The notes beneath the pieces are model-generated. The model worked only from the letters and a program-made list of their open reading frames with translations. It had not been told where the DNA came from and did no database searches. Shown one piece after another: positions 23,901 to 36,417 of a stretch of 64,000 bases of DNA. Every line of letters starts with the position of its first letter. The first letter of the stretch is position 1. The stretch is taken from NCBI GenBank assembly GCA_964036045.1, contig OZ038378.1, forward strand, positions 129,146,001 through 129,210,000, in the 5' to 3' direction. Made by a program: the position numbers and the translations under genes. This DNA is from Eutreptiella sp. 'Long Island Sound 2002' (Eukaryota > Protista > Euglenida).

Positions 23901-25159
23901 GCTTGCAGAACGCACTCCTCGTGACGGTTGACACCGAACGTGAGCGCTTGGACAAATTTTCGATGGACTGCCACACTCTCAACCTGCAACAGGTCCCTCG
24001 CCGCATGACGACCAACGAAGTATTTGAATTTGTTGGGGAAGAAGTGCGCAAAGAAAACAAGGCGCATCATCAAGGCCGTGCCGTGGCATCGGCAGAACAA
24101 AACATGCGAAGACAACAACACATGGGTAAGGCCCATTGGCTGTCAAAGCCTACCCTAGTGGGGGGGCTGTCACTCTCCACTCCCGGCACTACACGACCCC
24201 AAAAACAGGGGTCTAGTGCCTACTCTCCATCCTCCCTGAATAGGTCAACTCAACTCCCTTGGGGCAGTCGACAGGACCACCACATTACGGTAGGGGGGGG
24301 GGTCCCGGGTGCCGATAAGACTTAGGCCCCAGATATTCTGTCGAAAAGGCGGTAAATTCGTATATCACCCATACCACCTCAGGATCCCAAACTCAAAAGG
24401 TAATAAGGGTAGTTTGGGGTAGCCAAGACCTCCATTCTGACACGCGTGAATTGGCAGGACCCAACTGCACACAGGCTCTGAGATGTAGCATGGGAGGCAG
24501 GGCAAGAAAACAAAAAAACCGAAAATCAGAAGTTACCCATTTCAACACACTCTCCCGCCAAGGCAAGAAGGACTCAAAGGATTCCATGTGGGCACATTCA
24601 ATTGGCATCGGCAGGATGTCCATTGGCGTGAGTCGAAGGATGCGGCTATGGTGATGAGAGGCCGCTCGATTCTGAAGGCCCTGCTTTGACTTCCGTCCCT
24701 GCCGCTGGTGCCAAGGACTCCTTTGTTGCCCACAACCTCTCCAACCAAGGGAAAGATCGCAGCAAATGGCAACCCGTCAACCGCAAGCAGCAGAAGGAAC
24801 CCCGACGTGTAGGGTCGCCAGCCCTTACTCTCAAGGAGTACATCACCAAGTACCGCAAGGGGTGTTTTGTGTTTTATGGGCGCAACCAAGCGCATGACCA
24901 TGTGCACAAGACTTGCAATGGGTACGCTGAAGGCAAGGCCGCCTTTGCACAAGCGAACCTGGACCGCAAGCTCAAGAGCGAGGGTCAGCGTCCCCAAGGG
25001 ATCCATGAAGTTCAAGCTGAACTCCAAAAGTTGGTAGGTCTTAAGGAGTCGCTCGAGAAGATGCTGACATCGGAGAAGAGTCCAAAAGAGGGTATGCCTC
25101 AAGCGGCGTTGCCCTCAACAGCCGCTCATTCGCGGGGCCCCTGCAGCCAAGGGCCATAG
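20910..25159 (+). pseudogene. gag: gag region of element B: long low-complexity/coiled-coil N-terminal part, capsid-like domain (23339-24095) and C-terminal zinc-knuckle-like motif; interrupted at 24096-24602
   Basis: VPPRYSGDPLTLDHFFRALDIF...; GCFVFYGRNQAHDHVHKTC (~24860-24920); lies between LTR and protease; multiple frameshifts and stops. Confidence 0.7.
24096..24602. other. 507-bp copy of internal H sequence inserted in gag with a 12-bp TSD
   Basis: TGGCATCGGCAG at 24084-24095 and 24603-24614. The insert corresponds to H ~7806-8313, and both of its ends are internal to H. Confidence 0.85.
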
Positions 25160-25207
25160 CTGGTGACCCGGCCGCAGGAGGACCCGGCCGGAAGGTAGGA
25201 AGGACGG

Positions 25208-28200
25208 TTGAAGAGGCACCGTCCTCGGAAAGCTGTCTCGTCTCCTTCACCATCACCGAGTCCTCAAGAGGACAATGAGGAAGAATTACCCCCTCTTCAA
25301 TCCGGAAGTGAATACGAAGGTGAAGAGGAAGACAAGACCTGCAGCAGAGTCACCCATGAGCGGGGAGCTGCAGACGGGCTGCCACCTGTAGCCTACATCC
25401 TGTACGAGCACCCCGGCGAACCGCTCGAGGCACCCGATAAGCTAGAGCTATTAGCCGTCCGCTTGGTTGGCGGCGAGCGACAGCTTCACTTGCGACTCCT
25501 GGTAACCTTCCAAGGGGTTGAAAGGTTGGTGAGTGTGCTGGTGGACTTGGGAGCCCAAGTCAGTCTCGTGAGGACTGGTCTTTTCCCAGCATATTGTATC
25601 AAGACGAGCCCTACCCCGTTTCGCTTGAAGGTCGCCAATGGACAGTAGATGGGTGGAGGCAGGACTGAAGTCCACCTTGAAATGGAATCCCTGAACCATG
25701 AAGAACTGTCGCGACCGGACAAGGGCAAGCGTGTTACCTTGGGTGGTACCTTTTACGAAGCGGACATGGACTGGGATGTTATCATTGGGTATGACTTTAT
25801 GGCGGCCACGGATACAGGTGTACAACCTACCCAAAGTTTCATGACCCTCTACAAAGACAACCGTCTGTCCTGGTTGTCCGCTGACCTTGCATTTGAAGAG
25901 AGCCATTGGGCACATGCGGAACGCGAGCAGCTTTGCCGCGCCGTACGGGCAGTCAATCCATGCCAAAGGCCCTTCGACGAATATTGTTTTACTCCGAAAG
26001 CTTTCGAACAGGCGGTTGCCGGATTGGCAGCAGGCGAGCCATCGGCGGATGCCCTCAGCTCCGAAAGTCTTCGATTATGCAAAACATATCGGCACACGGA
26101 GGACTCCGCATGGTTCAAGCGATGGGATGAGCATTTTTGGGGATTGCTAGCTATGGATTAACTGCAACTCAGGATGTGTGCCCCGCGCCATTGCAAAAAT
26201 TAAGTCCAACCGAGCCAAGGACCTGCTTGTGCTAACGAACAAAGTGCGGGAAGATGACCAAATGGTGAGGCTCCAAGATGATTTGGAACACATGACCCTG
26301 AACTCTTATTATTCCCCGGCACGACAGAGCATCTATCAGGATGCTAGGGGCCAAAAATCAGGCAACACGCCCGGCCGAACCACGTCGGTGTATGTGGACG
26401 GCTCACCCTTGGATGAATTGGAAGCCAATATCCGAATGGTCGCACGAGTAGTTGCTGAGCCCATCCGCTACATTTTCGCAGCACCATCCCAAGAAGCTGA
26501 CCAATACACAGAAGGGCGCGATGACCTAACCGCCGACGAGCTTGACGCTGTGTTGGGATACATGCACAACCCTATGCACGACATCATGTCTGCAAAATGG
26601 AGCAAGGATGAGACCAAATGTTGGGAAGATGACTCCATCGCCTCGACAGCTTTGATGGCAATGCATTTGTCTGTACAGTGCTTGACCATCAGACCGACCA
26701 AGATGAGCCGCGAGGAGGAGACCCCCCCACGTATGGAGATATTTACCGGACGAAATGTGGAATCCATCGCCCATCCGGAGCCTCTAAGGACCCCCGCGCC
26801 TTCGACCCGGAACAAGACCAAGTCTACCTGTCCCAAGATACCCATGTGAAGTCCATGGTGCAAGTACCAACCAAGGCCAAAGATTTTGCCGACACCGACC
26901 CTCGTGTCCAAGCGCTAGGAGAAAAAATCAAGGGAGATTATGGAACGAACTTCTTCAGTGGAAAGGCCACCAAACATCCTCCAATTCGTGGCGCGTATGG
27001 CAAAGCAAAAAACCGCGTCCGACATCCACACAAGGTATTCAGGCAACGTGAGTTTGCTTTGAAGGGAGACCGGCTTGAAGCCATCAAAGCCAAGCTGAAA
27101 GAATTCATGAAGCGTGGGTGCGTGGAACCATGCACCAGCGAGTAGGCCCCCCCCGCCTACGTTGTTCCGAAGAAGGTGGCCGGAGAAATGGCCGCTCGTT
27201 GTCGACTACCGAGGGCTCAACGAGCAGACGGAGTTCGACTCCTACACCCCGCCCCTCATCGAGGATATGTTGCAGAGGCAACATGGGCGACGGCTCTTTA
27301 CGGTGATCGACCTGAAACACGGTTACCACCAAATGCCGTTGGCGCCAGAGTCTCGTGCATGCACTGCCATGTCTACTCCACTGGGTCCTCTCCAATGTAA
27401 GGTAATGCCCATGGGATGTAAAAACGGCAATGCGTCTTTCCAACGAATTCCTGCGCCGATCATTTTGTCGATGATATCATCGTTGGGTCGGGCACGGAGG
27501 GTGTGACCAATGAGGAAGTGCTTGCCGCCCATGAAGCTGACTTGAGGAGAGTCTTGGACTTCCTGGTCTCTTTGCAACTCACCAGAAGTGCCGACGAAGC
27601 CACCATCGCAGTCAACGAAGTGGAATTCGCTGGACACGTGGTTGCCATGGGGGAACGCAAGCCCATTCCCAGTAAGATTGCTGCGGTGCAAAATTGGGAG
27701 CGCCCCAAGACAGTCTCGAAGATGCGCGCCTTTCTCGGATTCTGCATTTACTAGTTGGGCTATGTTCGTGTGTTTGCAGAAATGGCCGCCCCGATGACAG
27801 CCTTGCTGAAGGGCAACTGAGATGAAACCAAGAAGGGCAGCAAGAAGCCCATTTTAGGGGACGATGAAGCCAATGATGCCTTTGAGGCCACGAAGCGCGC
27901 TTTGCTTGATAAGCTGAAGCTCTGGCTCATCAACCCTGACAAAGGGTTTGTGCTCCGTACGGACGCTTCGGACTATGCGGTCGGAGCGGTCCTCGAGCGA
28001 GTGGAGGATGATGGAAGCCACGTGCCTGTCACCTTCTGGAGCCGAGTCCTTGCTCCTGGCTGACGCCGGACCTGGGCACCCGGAGAAAAGGAGACATACG
28101 CCATTATTTGCGCTCCAAGTAAGTGGGCAGGACACATCGGACTTCAGCCGGTAGTTGTCTGCAAGAACCACCAGAGCTTGCAATCTTGACACAAGGAGCA

Positions 28201-30182
28201 TGTGGATACTCCCTCCGGCCCAGTGTTCCGACGTGCCTGATGGCATGAGACTTTGGCCAAGTTCGACCTATAGGTTGTGCATGTCCCGGGAAAGGACAAC
28301 ACCCTGGCGGACTGCATGAGCCGATGGGCGTTTTCGGCAAGCAAGGGGATGGCGGTTGTAAGTGCCCATGGGGACGAGGAAGAAACCAAGGAGGCCCAAG
28401 CGGATCATCGAGATGGAGAGACTGTTGGAGGAAGAAGGAGTGAAGTGCTTCGTCGTAATGGCGTCCGATACCGACACTGCCGAACGCGCGGATCGGGCGG
28501 TGATGTGAAATATGGCCGAGACAATGAGCATCCGGCCACTCGCGCAAATGCCGGCCAATGACAAGCCGCAATCGAAGTCGAAGGCTACCTCCTTGACAGA
28601 TGCACATCCTTCAACCTCTCAGTTGTGCCTGAAGGAAAGCTGCACGTCCTACTATGCCGACTCTGAGGCGTGAGCCCAGTATTACAAGGTGATCTCCAGC
28701 CCCGACGACGACGAACATTGGCCCCAAGGACTCTCGCTTAAACATGAAAAAATGTTCTTGAAAGGGAAGCTGCTCGTCCCCCAATCTTGTGCCAAAGACC
28801 TCCTGGATGAGTGGCATCAGGAATTGATGCACCCCAGTGCAGCGAGGCAATGGTAAGACATGGAACCAAGGTTCTTGTTTCCTCACGGAGCCCGGGGGCT
28901 CCTCAATAAGGTGAAGAGCCACTGCCAAGTGTGTGCCGCCTGCAACCCGGCGAATTACTCGCTGGCCGGTGATCAACAGTGGACGCTGATCCCCGATAGA
29001 CCCATGGAGTCCGTCAGCATAGATGTTTTCTCCATGCCTGAAGTTAAGGTGGGTAAGGACACATATGATTGTGTAGTCATTGTTGTCGACTGCTATCCGG
29101 GCTATCTTGCTGCCGTTCTGGCCAAGAAAAAGGGTCTAACAGCCAAAGAAGTGGCCGAGAAGATGATCAAGCATTGGTTGACCATTTTGACATCCCCGCG
29201 ACGATTTGCAGCGACAACGCCCCGCAGTTCACGGGTGGATGGTTCAAGGCCATGTGTGCTCTCATGGGTGTACGGCGTGCCACGTCCGTTGCGCACCTTA
29301 GCCGTTCCAATGGCCGAGCCGAAGTGGCCCGTCCCCAGGTTTTTGAGAGCCTGCGCAAGCTTCACCTAGAGAACCGGAAGAACAATTGGTTTAGAGAAAT
29401 GTGAAGAGCAATCGAAGCCTACCACGACTTGCCCGGAACCGTCTGGGCTGTCTCCCCACCAAATTCTCTCCACCAGCGACAGGTTGAGTCGATCCCTTCC
29501 TTTGTACACCACCGGTCTGGCCAAAGATGCCGTGGAGGCATTCAAAGAGGCCGGAGACACCGCCAAACTGGTGAAGGATGCTCTTGAAAATAATAATGCT
29601 AAGCCGCAAGACAGGACACCCAAGGGCCCTGTTACCTCTTTCCAGGTTGGAGGCCGTGTCTGGGTTAAAAGACCCCGGCCAATGGGCACTCATCGGACGA
29701 AGACTTGATATACCCCTGGTAAGATTGCCAAGAGGGTTCGTCCGAGCACCTTTCTCGTCCAAATGGGTCCCTCTCAATTCAAAACCCGGCACGGGACTCA
29801 ATTGAAGGACCCTGTTTCAGATATCACGGGGAAGCACGTGAACTTCCAATACACCCAGCATGAGGACGATTCCGACGAGGATGAATACCTTGAGGAGGAG
29901 GACTATGTCGTTGACAAGGTTTTGAGGCACCAGCCAAACTCCGCCGTCCCCGCAGGAATCGAGTTCAAGGTGAAGTGGAAAGGATACTGGAAGTCTCATG
30001 ACTCCTCAGCACCTCCCTCATCAATTGTGCCCCGCATCAACAGAGTGTGGCAAGCCTATCTCGGTCAAAAAGGCGTCAACATTTCCGCCAGGGACTTGAT
30101 GGCTGCTATCATCCAAGCTGAGGACGACATCTTGTCCCTCACTGATCCCTTCGTGGATGCCTGCTGTACTATGGGAGGGTGA
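25208..30182 (+). pseudogene. pol: pol of element B: aspartic protease (~25480-25810), MTase-like domain (~25975-26400), RT (~26990-27900), RNase H (~27930-28330), integrase (~28810-29500), chromodomain (~29900-30065)
   Basis: VLVDLGAQVS and IIGYDF; KWPLVVDYRGLNE, IDLKHGYHQ, MPMGCKNG, HFVDDII (27461-27481); RTDASDYAVGAVL and KDNTLADCMSR; HCQVCAAC, SIDVFS, SDNAPQF, SNGRAEVA; YVVDKVLRH...EFKVKWKGY. Many stops and frameshifts. Confidence 0.95.
25975..26400 (+). pseudogene. Dam/DIRS-type N6-adenine methyltransferase-like domain within pol
   Basis: EYCFTPKAFEQAV...PSADALSS...LCKTY...EDSAWFKRW...GLLWINCNSGCVPRAIAKIK...LLVL...LEHMT...IYQD after removing a 4-bp GCTA duplication at ~26146-26153. The spacing follows the D-x-F-A / W-x-N-P-P-F / xxxKI pattern of DIRS MTases. 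Confidence 0.6.
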
Positions 30183-31892
30183 TCACCCCCTTGTCCGGTG
30201 TTCTACATCATATTTTTAGTGTTTACAATTGGACTTGATTTACTGGTATTTTGCAACTGTTTCTTTGCATGAGACAATTTTTTTTGACGTCATACCTTTG
30301 AACAATGCCTTTGTGTTTGCATTTTACGGACTTCACCACATGCACGGGCGCAAGCCATACATCATATACATTCAGGTCCCCCAGATTCATAATTGGGTAG
30401 TTTTGGCCCATACGACGTTGCGCAACGGGTGTTGTTGCCATTAGCACTGCGAATGACTGAGTGTGTGTGATCAATTCATGGCACTTGTTGAATTGTCACT
30501 TCATTTGTGTTTCTAAGCTTCTCCACTTGTTTGACTCACTCCTTCCCCCTAAACTGTGCTGTATTTTGTTGCGTTGTCCTACATTTGAGCCTTACGCTAA
30601 CCATGGAGTAGGTTTGAGACTTACTACTCCTCTTAACCCATGACTGAAAAAGAAAAAAAAAAGAACATGCGTGTGCTCACTTCATACTAATCAATTTTGG
30701 TTTGAATTTCGGTGGTTCAAGACTTCGAGTATTTAGGAGGTTTTGCTCCCTCTTCTCGTTGACAGGATGCACTTGTATGCCTCTTGACGTGAATTTTGAT
30801 GTTCGAATGCCTTCTTTTGCTGCAGATATGTCTTTACTCATGCTCCAAGCCTCCAGGGTGGCCCCCTAACCCAGATTCCTTGACATGAGATGAGATTATG
30901 GAACCGAGATCAGTCCTGGGCCGTGTGTGCTACCAGCGTGCGCGGTCGGTCGCCGCTTTCTGAGTGGACTCCAACGAACTACTGCATGTCAAGACCCATT
31001 AATTTCTTCGCTAGAGCATGGGGTATCTACATCCGCAGAAGCGACACCCCCGCTATATGAGATCGTTCGTAGACTACTTGGTTGCAATTCCAGAGTCTGC
31101 GGCAGATATGAAGTTGCGTCAATTTTGCTTTCCTTCCCTCATCCCCATTGTCTGTTGGCTTGTTCCTTGAACTTTTGAGGTCACCTAACCCTATTTTGAG
31201 GTTGCAGGACGCAACCACAACATCTGTTTGTGGTAATTCATTCAAAAAATGGTATTTCCTTTTTTAGGTCACCACGTTCTATTTTTAGAATGTTTTGTGC
31301 TATTTTTAGCAGCAAATTCCATTTTGAGAATACCACCCTACCGTCCCCGTTTGGTGTTTCCTTGCCGTCTGTAACCACCCAAAACGTATGCCTGACGCAC
31401 TGGTTGGGTCGACTTCCCTCCAGGTGGCCTCCATTTCAAGATCCCAATTTTAGAGTTGTTACTAAAAATAGTAGCAATTCCTGAAAATTTTTCTGGCCCG
31501 CCATTTTGACATGTCGTTGAGTTGGACAAATCCGTGGCTACCCACAGCCATTCGATAGCAGTGTCTGGTCCAGCGGTGCGATCCCTCTCCCTCCTGCTCT
31601 CGCCTGGGCCAAATCGGCTGAAAAAAGTTCTGAAAAAAAACATTTTTCGGGGTCAAAAAAAAGGGTTTTTTCTGTTTTTCATTTTATCAGCATCCGGTAC
31701 CATATTTTTCGGGTCGCGGATTCAGTGGCGATAGTGGGTTGCCTCAATGAGGCAATATGCTCGAAATTCTCAGGTATTTCAGCTGTTGTCATGTTTGCGC
31801 TTCCTGACCAGGTTGGGCATGGTACACGCTCCCAAAAATCAACAAGGAGCGAGCATACCCCTTCACGTATCCCTGGACCATGGATATGCTCT

Positions 31893-31902
31893 AGGGAGGG
31901 GG
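31893..31902 (+). promoter_or_regulatory. Polypurine tract of element B
   Basis: AGGGAGGGGG immediately before the 3' LTR start (t(c)gacgcgtatccc). Confidence 0.8.
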
Positions 31903-33879
31903 TCGACGCGTATCCCATGGCCTCCCTCCTCAATTGCTCTGTGTTTCATGGTATTTAACCCGATCTGCTTCCTGGTTTTATGCTGCGTGCCACTTGCAGC
32001 CAATCAGCCGACAGTTTCTGTTTGTATTAATTTTTTGCAATTTTGGGCATAGAATTTCAGGAATTTTGTTATGGAATTGCTCATTAGTCAACAGGATAGA
32101 TATTGATGCCCTCCAGAAATTCAGTCGCGGCCTGTCCGCGCGCGCGTGCTCGCCTGGTGCTCCGGTTGTGTGCACGTGCTCCCTGCTGCTCGGCCGGTGC
32201 TTTAATGCGGGCCGAGCGACTGAAAGCTCTTCTGAACGGGTGCTAATAGTGTTCGCTCTATCCTGTTACCGAAATGGATACGTATCGGAATCTAGGGTAA
32301 CTCCAGTTGAAGATAGAGGGCCTGGGGTTGAGGATTCGGCTACACTCTGGTGTGGTTCGATCTGCCCACACCGGCGGTCGGTCACCGACTGGTACACGTT
32401 AATGGGCGCATCTGCTTCGGCAGTGCCAAGCCTACGTGTATGCGGGATCACGAGTCCCTGGAAGCTGGAGGAGTCCTAGTGGAAGAGGGGTGGAAGTGGA
32501 AGTGGCTGAGGTAGACGCACCAGAACAGAAGAAAGTACGTCATTCGTTGCTCCGCAATCCGCAAGTGAACTCTTCTTTTTCTTATTGTGCTTTGGTTTGT
32601 CACTTTTCCACGTCCCTCCGTTGAGTTCCTCACCAACTTATGTATCCTATGGTGCAACAGACATTATTTTCTTTGAATACTCACAAGTGTATGAATCATT
32701 CAACTCACTGTTTTGTACATTAGCTCCATTCATGCTTTGTGTTCATTACAGGAATGTCAACAAGCATGCTTGAGTGTTGAACAATTGTGTCTTTTGATGA
32801 TGCAACACATTTGGTTGCATCGTCACACGCATTCATTCAATTCATTCAAGTGACCTTTGCAAGTGTGGTGCTACAGTGCTTGGTCAGGTTCACTTCAGCA
32901 TGTCGTGTGTTGGTTCATTGCTTGTTTGTTGATAAAGATAATTGAGTCGCGATTGCTTTCTTTCTGGACTTTGTGCCCATTGCCTCTAAGGAGATTGCCC
33001 AATTTTTTTTCTATTCGTGATGAGGAGGTAAATTTGTGAAGTGCTTTGAGGTGAATGCTTTGGAGTATCCTTTGCACTTTGTGTCCATTTCTTAGCCCAC
33101 GGAAACTGAACACTGTTTTGCGCGCCGAACGCGCAGAAAATGACCAGTTCGCAACAGGGCAAAAAACTATTTTTTTGGATGTTTGATGAACGTGATTTTA
33201 GACGTAGTGAAATAAATTGCTTTTTCAGTGTTGTGCAACTTCGTGTTCCTCAATGTGACGTTTTTTACATTTCTCTGGCGTTCTGAGTGCGCGAGGCCTT
33301 GTGCCCTCAAGATATCCAAGGTAGAGTTTATCAGGAAACCTAAAAACCCGTAAGGACTGGCGTTTGCGGAAATACGCAGCTCGCACACGGTATTAAAAGT
33401 AGGATTGCGTTGCCCAAGGAGCATTTGAAGTGTATGACTGTCGGACTTCCCATGTTAGGGGAAACACGTGTACTGTAAAGTTAAAATGAAATACAAAGTT
33501 AGGCATCTGGAGTGTGCGAGGCCTCGCGCACTCAGGTCACGTTATGCATTGAATTTGCAGAATGGATATAACGCATACAATTGCAGGTACAGTACCAGAC
33601 GGACAAACACATTTGATTTTTCCGGTAGATGTTTCTGTAGACACCATGTTGGTCAGATATACCACGGTATAGAACATTGTCCCACGGAAACAATCAGTAC
33701 GCGAGGCCTCGCGCACTTAAACGACAAAAGAAAATGAAAAAGCAGGCAGGTCAGGCTACGCCGGTATTTACATTCCGTTTCAAGGCTACCACCTGTGACA
33801 GTCGATTATACATCGGTAACCTTCGTCATTTTCTTCAGGGCATCAGGGGAATGATTTGCTTTTTTCCAACAGCAATTCA

Positions 33880-36168
33880 ATGGCAGACGTGTCCAGTTCT
33901 AATGGCGGCCGTAGCCTTCGCTGCCCGATAAATACGTTTTTTTTTCCAACTGTGTTTAAAGACGGAAACAGAATAGGAAATTGTGGTTGCGAAAACAGTT
34001 TTCGGCTACTGGGAACAGAGCGCACGCAGACACCAACTACAATTTGCGGTGGCAGCACGCGCACCAGAAATGACGACAGGAGAAGGCCAGATGTTTTCAA
34101 ACACACTTTTGTAAAAGATCGCTGTGCGAAACGACAACCAAAATATGTGCTCAAATTTAATTCCACGGAGAAAAACGTAAAATGCCACTTCAAGCCAGAA
34201 AACTCTGTAACGCATCAGATGATAGCAGAAGTAAGCAAACGAGCAGCAGCACTACGAGAGGCATGCGCGGCAGAACCAACATACCAAACAGCAGACGGTC
34301 TGTGGAAAGGACTCGAACGAAACGACCTGGCGGCGCAACTGGTGTTAACATTTGCACAGCGACTCAGGTTCAACAAAAGAACGCGCCACAGTTTACAAGC
34401 AGCTAAAAGGCAGGAGGACAAGCGCTGGGTGCGCATTTTGCGACGGGAGGGCTGGAACCTGTACCTGTTGATGCGTCAACGGGCAGTACCAAACAGGAAA
34501 AAACAAGGAAACACAACAGGGTACCTAACGCAAACAGAAAGAAGAACAAAAGTGCGACTTGGGCAAGCAGATGCTGCCGCAGATACAGTGGACGAACAGG
34601 CAGCAGCAGCCTTTAAAGCAACGTGGTCCCTGGTGCTTTCGTCGTGTTGCGTGCTGTGGAAGGAGAACTGGTACCGGGCACAATACACGACACACCCAGA
34701 CGAAAGTGACCGTTCGCAAAACTGTACTGCAATGGCAGTACTTCAACTGAAACAGAGGCCCGCGTATTGGGCAGGACATCCAGCCTTTGAGGACCTTGCA
34801 GCACGGATAACGACAGTCGCAAGGGCTCTGCAACAGCGTGAACGAAGAATCCCCGAGACTTTGCGTGACCTGGGGTATGCAGATCGGTGTGCACCAGACA
34901 CCGGAAACGTGAGAGCACCGTTGGATGTGAGGAGGGATGCAAGGACTGTGCAGGCACCAGTGTGGCGCCCGTTTGCCCTGTCAAAAGAAAAGGTAACTGG
35001 TGGTGTTGGTCTGTTCAACTTGTTACACTTTGCAAAGGACAACAAACAAACAGAGTTCTACCGCTGTTGGTTGACCAAAACATACACTACAGGATACTAA
35101 AGTTGTTGTATGGTGCCAAGAACCAACGATGAATCATGCGTGCTTACCTGCGATACCTGTAGTTTACGATGTCTGCCATGCCTACAGGTTTGTTGTTACT
35201 CATACTTTTCGGGTGTTCCGGCCTTTTTTAACCTACCTACGGGAAGGTCTGCTGCGACCTGGTTCCACCATGCTATCATACCCCAAACTGATAGTTATGA
35301 AAAAGACTATTGCCGCGCTGATGCTTGCCACACCGCGAATACTACGCCCGTATAGGCGCAAAGCACAAGCTGCAACCGCGATCAGTGGTCGTGACACTGC
35401 GCATGCAAACAGGGCAGCAGTGGCAAACGCAGTCTTGCATTTGTTGTCGGAATGGTGCCCGTTGTTGTTGTACTTGGGCCACGTGGTAGGGGAATGCAAC
35501 TGGTCGGGGGAAAACAAAGCTACAGGGTCACGAGCTCAGGAGGTGTTGCAGTAGAGATTGTGTCTGTTGCGGAGGCTGCGTCGAGGACCGTGTGACACCG
35601 TACTGAAGTACGAACGCACAATCATCTGCACATTGCTGTACCACAGCAAGTGGCACCAGGACCTGCCCAGTCAGGCACACTCAGAGGAGTTTGGAGAAGG
35701 GATGTTGAGCAAGCTGGTGCGGGACAAGGCGAGAAACACCGGTTCTGTTACTGTTGAGGAGGTGGAAAACCATTACTTGTTACTAAAGGTTGGTCCTGGT
35801 GGAAAACACGTGGGGATGCAAAACGTTCCCAAGAACCTTGTACACAGGATGCGACAACGACTGACGGGACTTTTGCGACAGACCAGATTTGCATGGCCTA
35901 TGTGGAATGGGAGTCGGACAGGGTCAGCACGGTTGCATCTTCGTGGCCGCGAAGGTTACCGAGATTTCGATTCTCACCTACACAACCCCTTTATTACGAC
36001 CACTACCGGCTACTTGGTCACAGCGTACTAGATGCCCTCATTGACCAGAAGCCAAATCCCACCAACCAACTGGGACGGAAGCTGAATGCCGTTGTGGGGC
36101 GGAGAACAGACATGGATACCGACTGACAGGAAGCAGCAACACGCAACGTGCGGCAACGCTTGCGGTAA
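33880..36168 (+). pseudogene. Putative DDE transposase (Academ/DUF6589-like by motif), ~760 aa, disrupted by frameshifts and stops
   Basis: Chain of ORFs 33856-35100, 34887-35132, 35129-35554, 35558-36031, 35893-36126. Motifs VLWKENWYR...NCTAMAVLQ, LPLLVDQNIHYRILK, PVVYDVCHAY, SEEFGEGMLSKL; N-terminal Cys/His cluster; first long ORF inside the TIRs; pyrimidine-AG acceptor (33872) just before ATG 33880. Confidence 0.6.
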
Positions 36169-36417
36169 CTGACACCCACAGTGCGCGAGGCCTTGCGCAC
36201 TAAACGTTACGAAAAAGAGGTATGTAATGCGATGTGAGTGCGCGAGGCCTCGCGCATTGATTAGTTCGCTAAGTGCCGTGGATTAAGTCACAACAAAGAC
36301 GGTTGTGGGACAGATTTGCGGGAACGACCTGCAAAATACCGCTTCGACTGATTTCAGAGTTCAAATGACCGTGTTTCATGTCATGGCATTTGCCCTTTTC
36401 AGGTTTTTTTTGGCACC

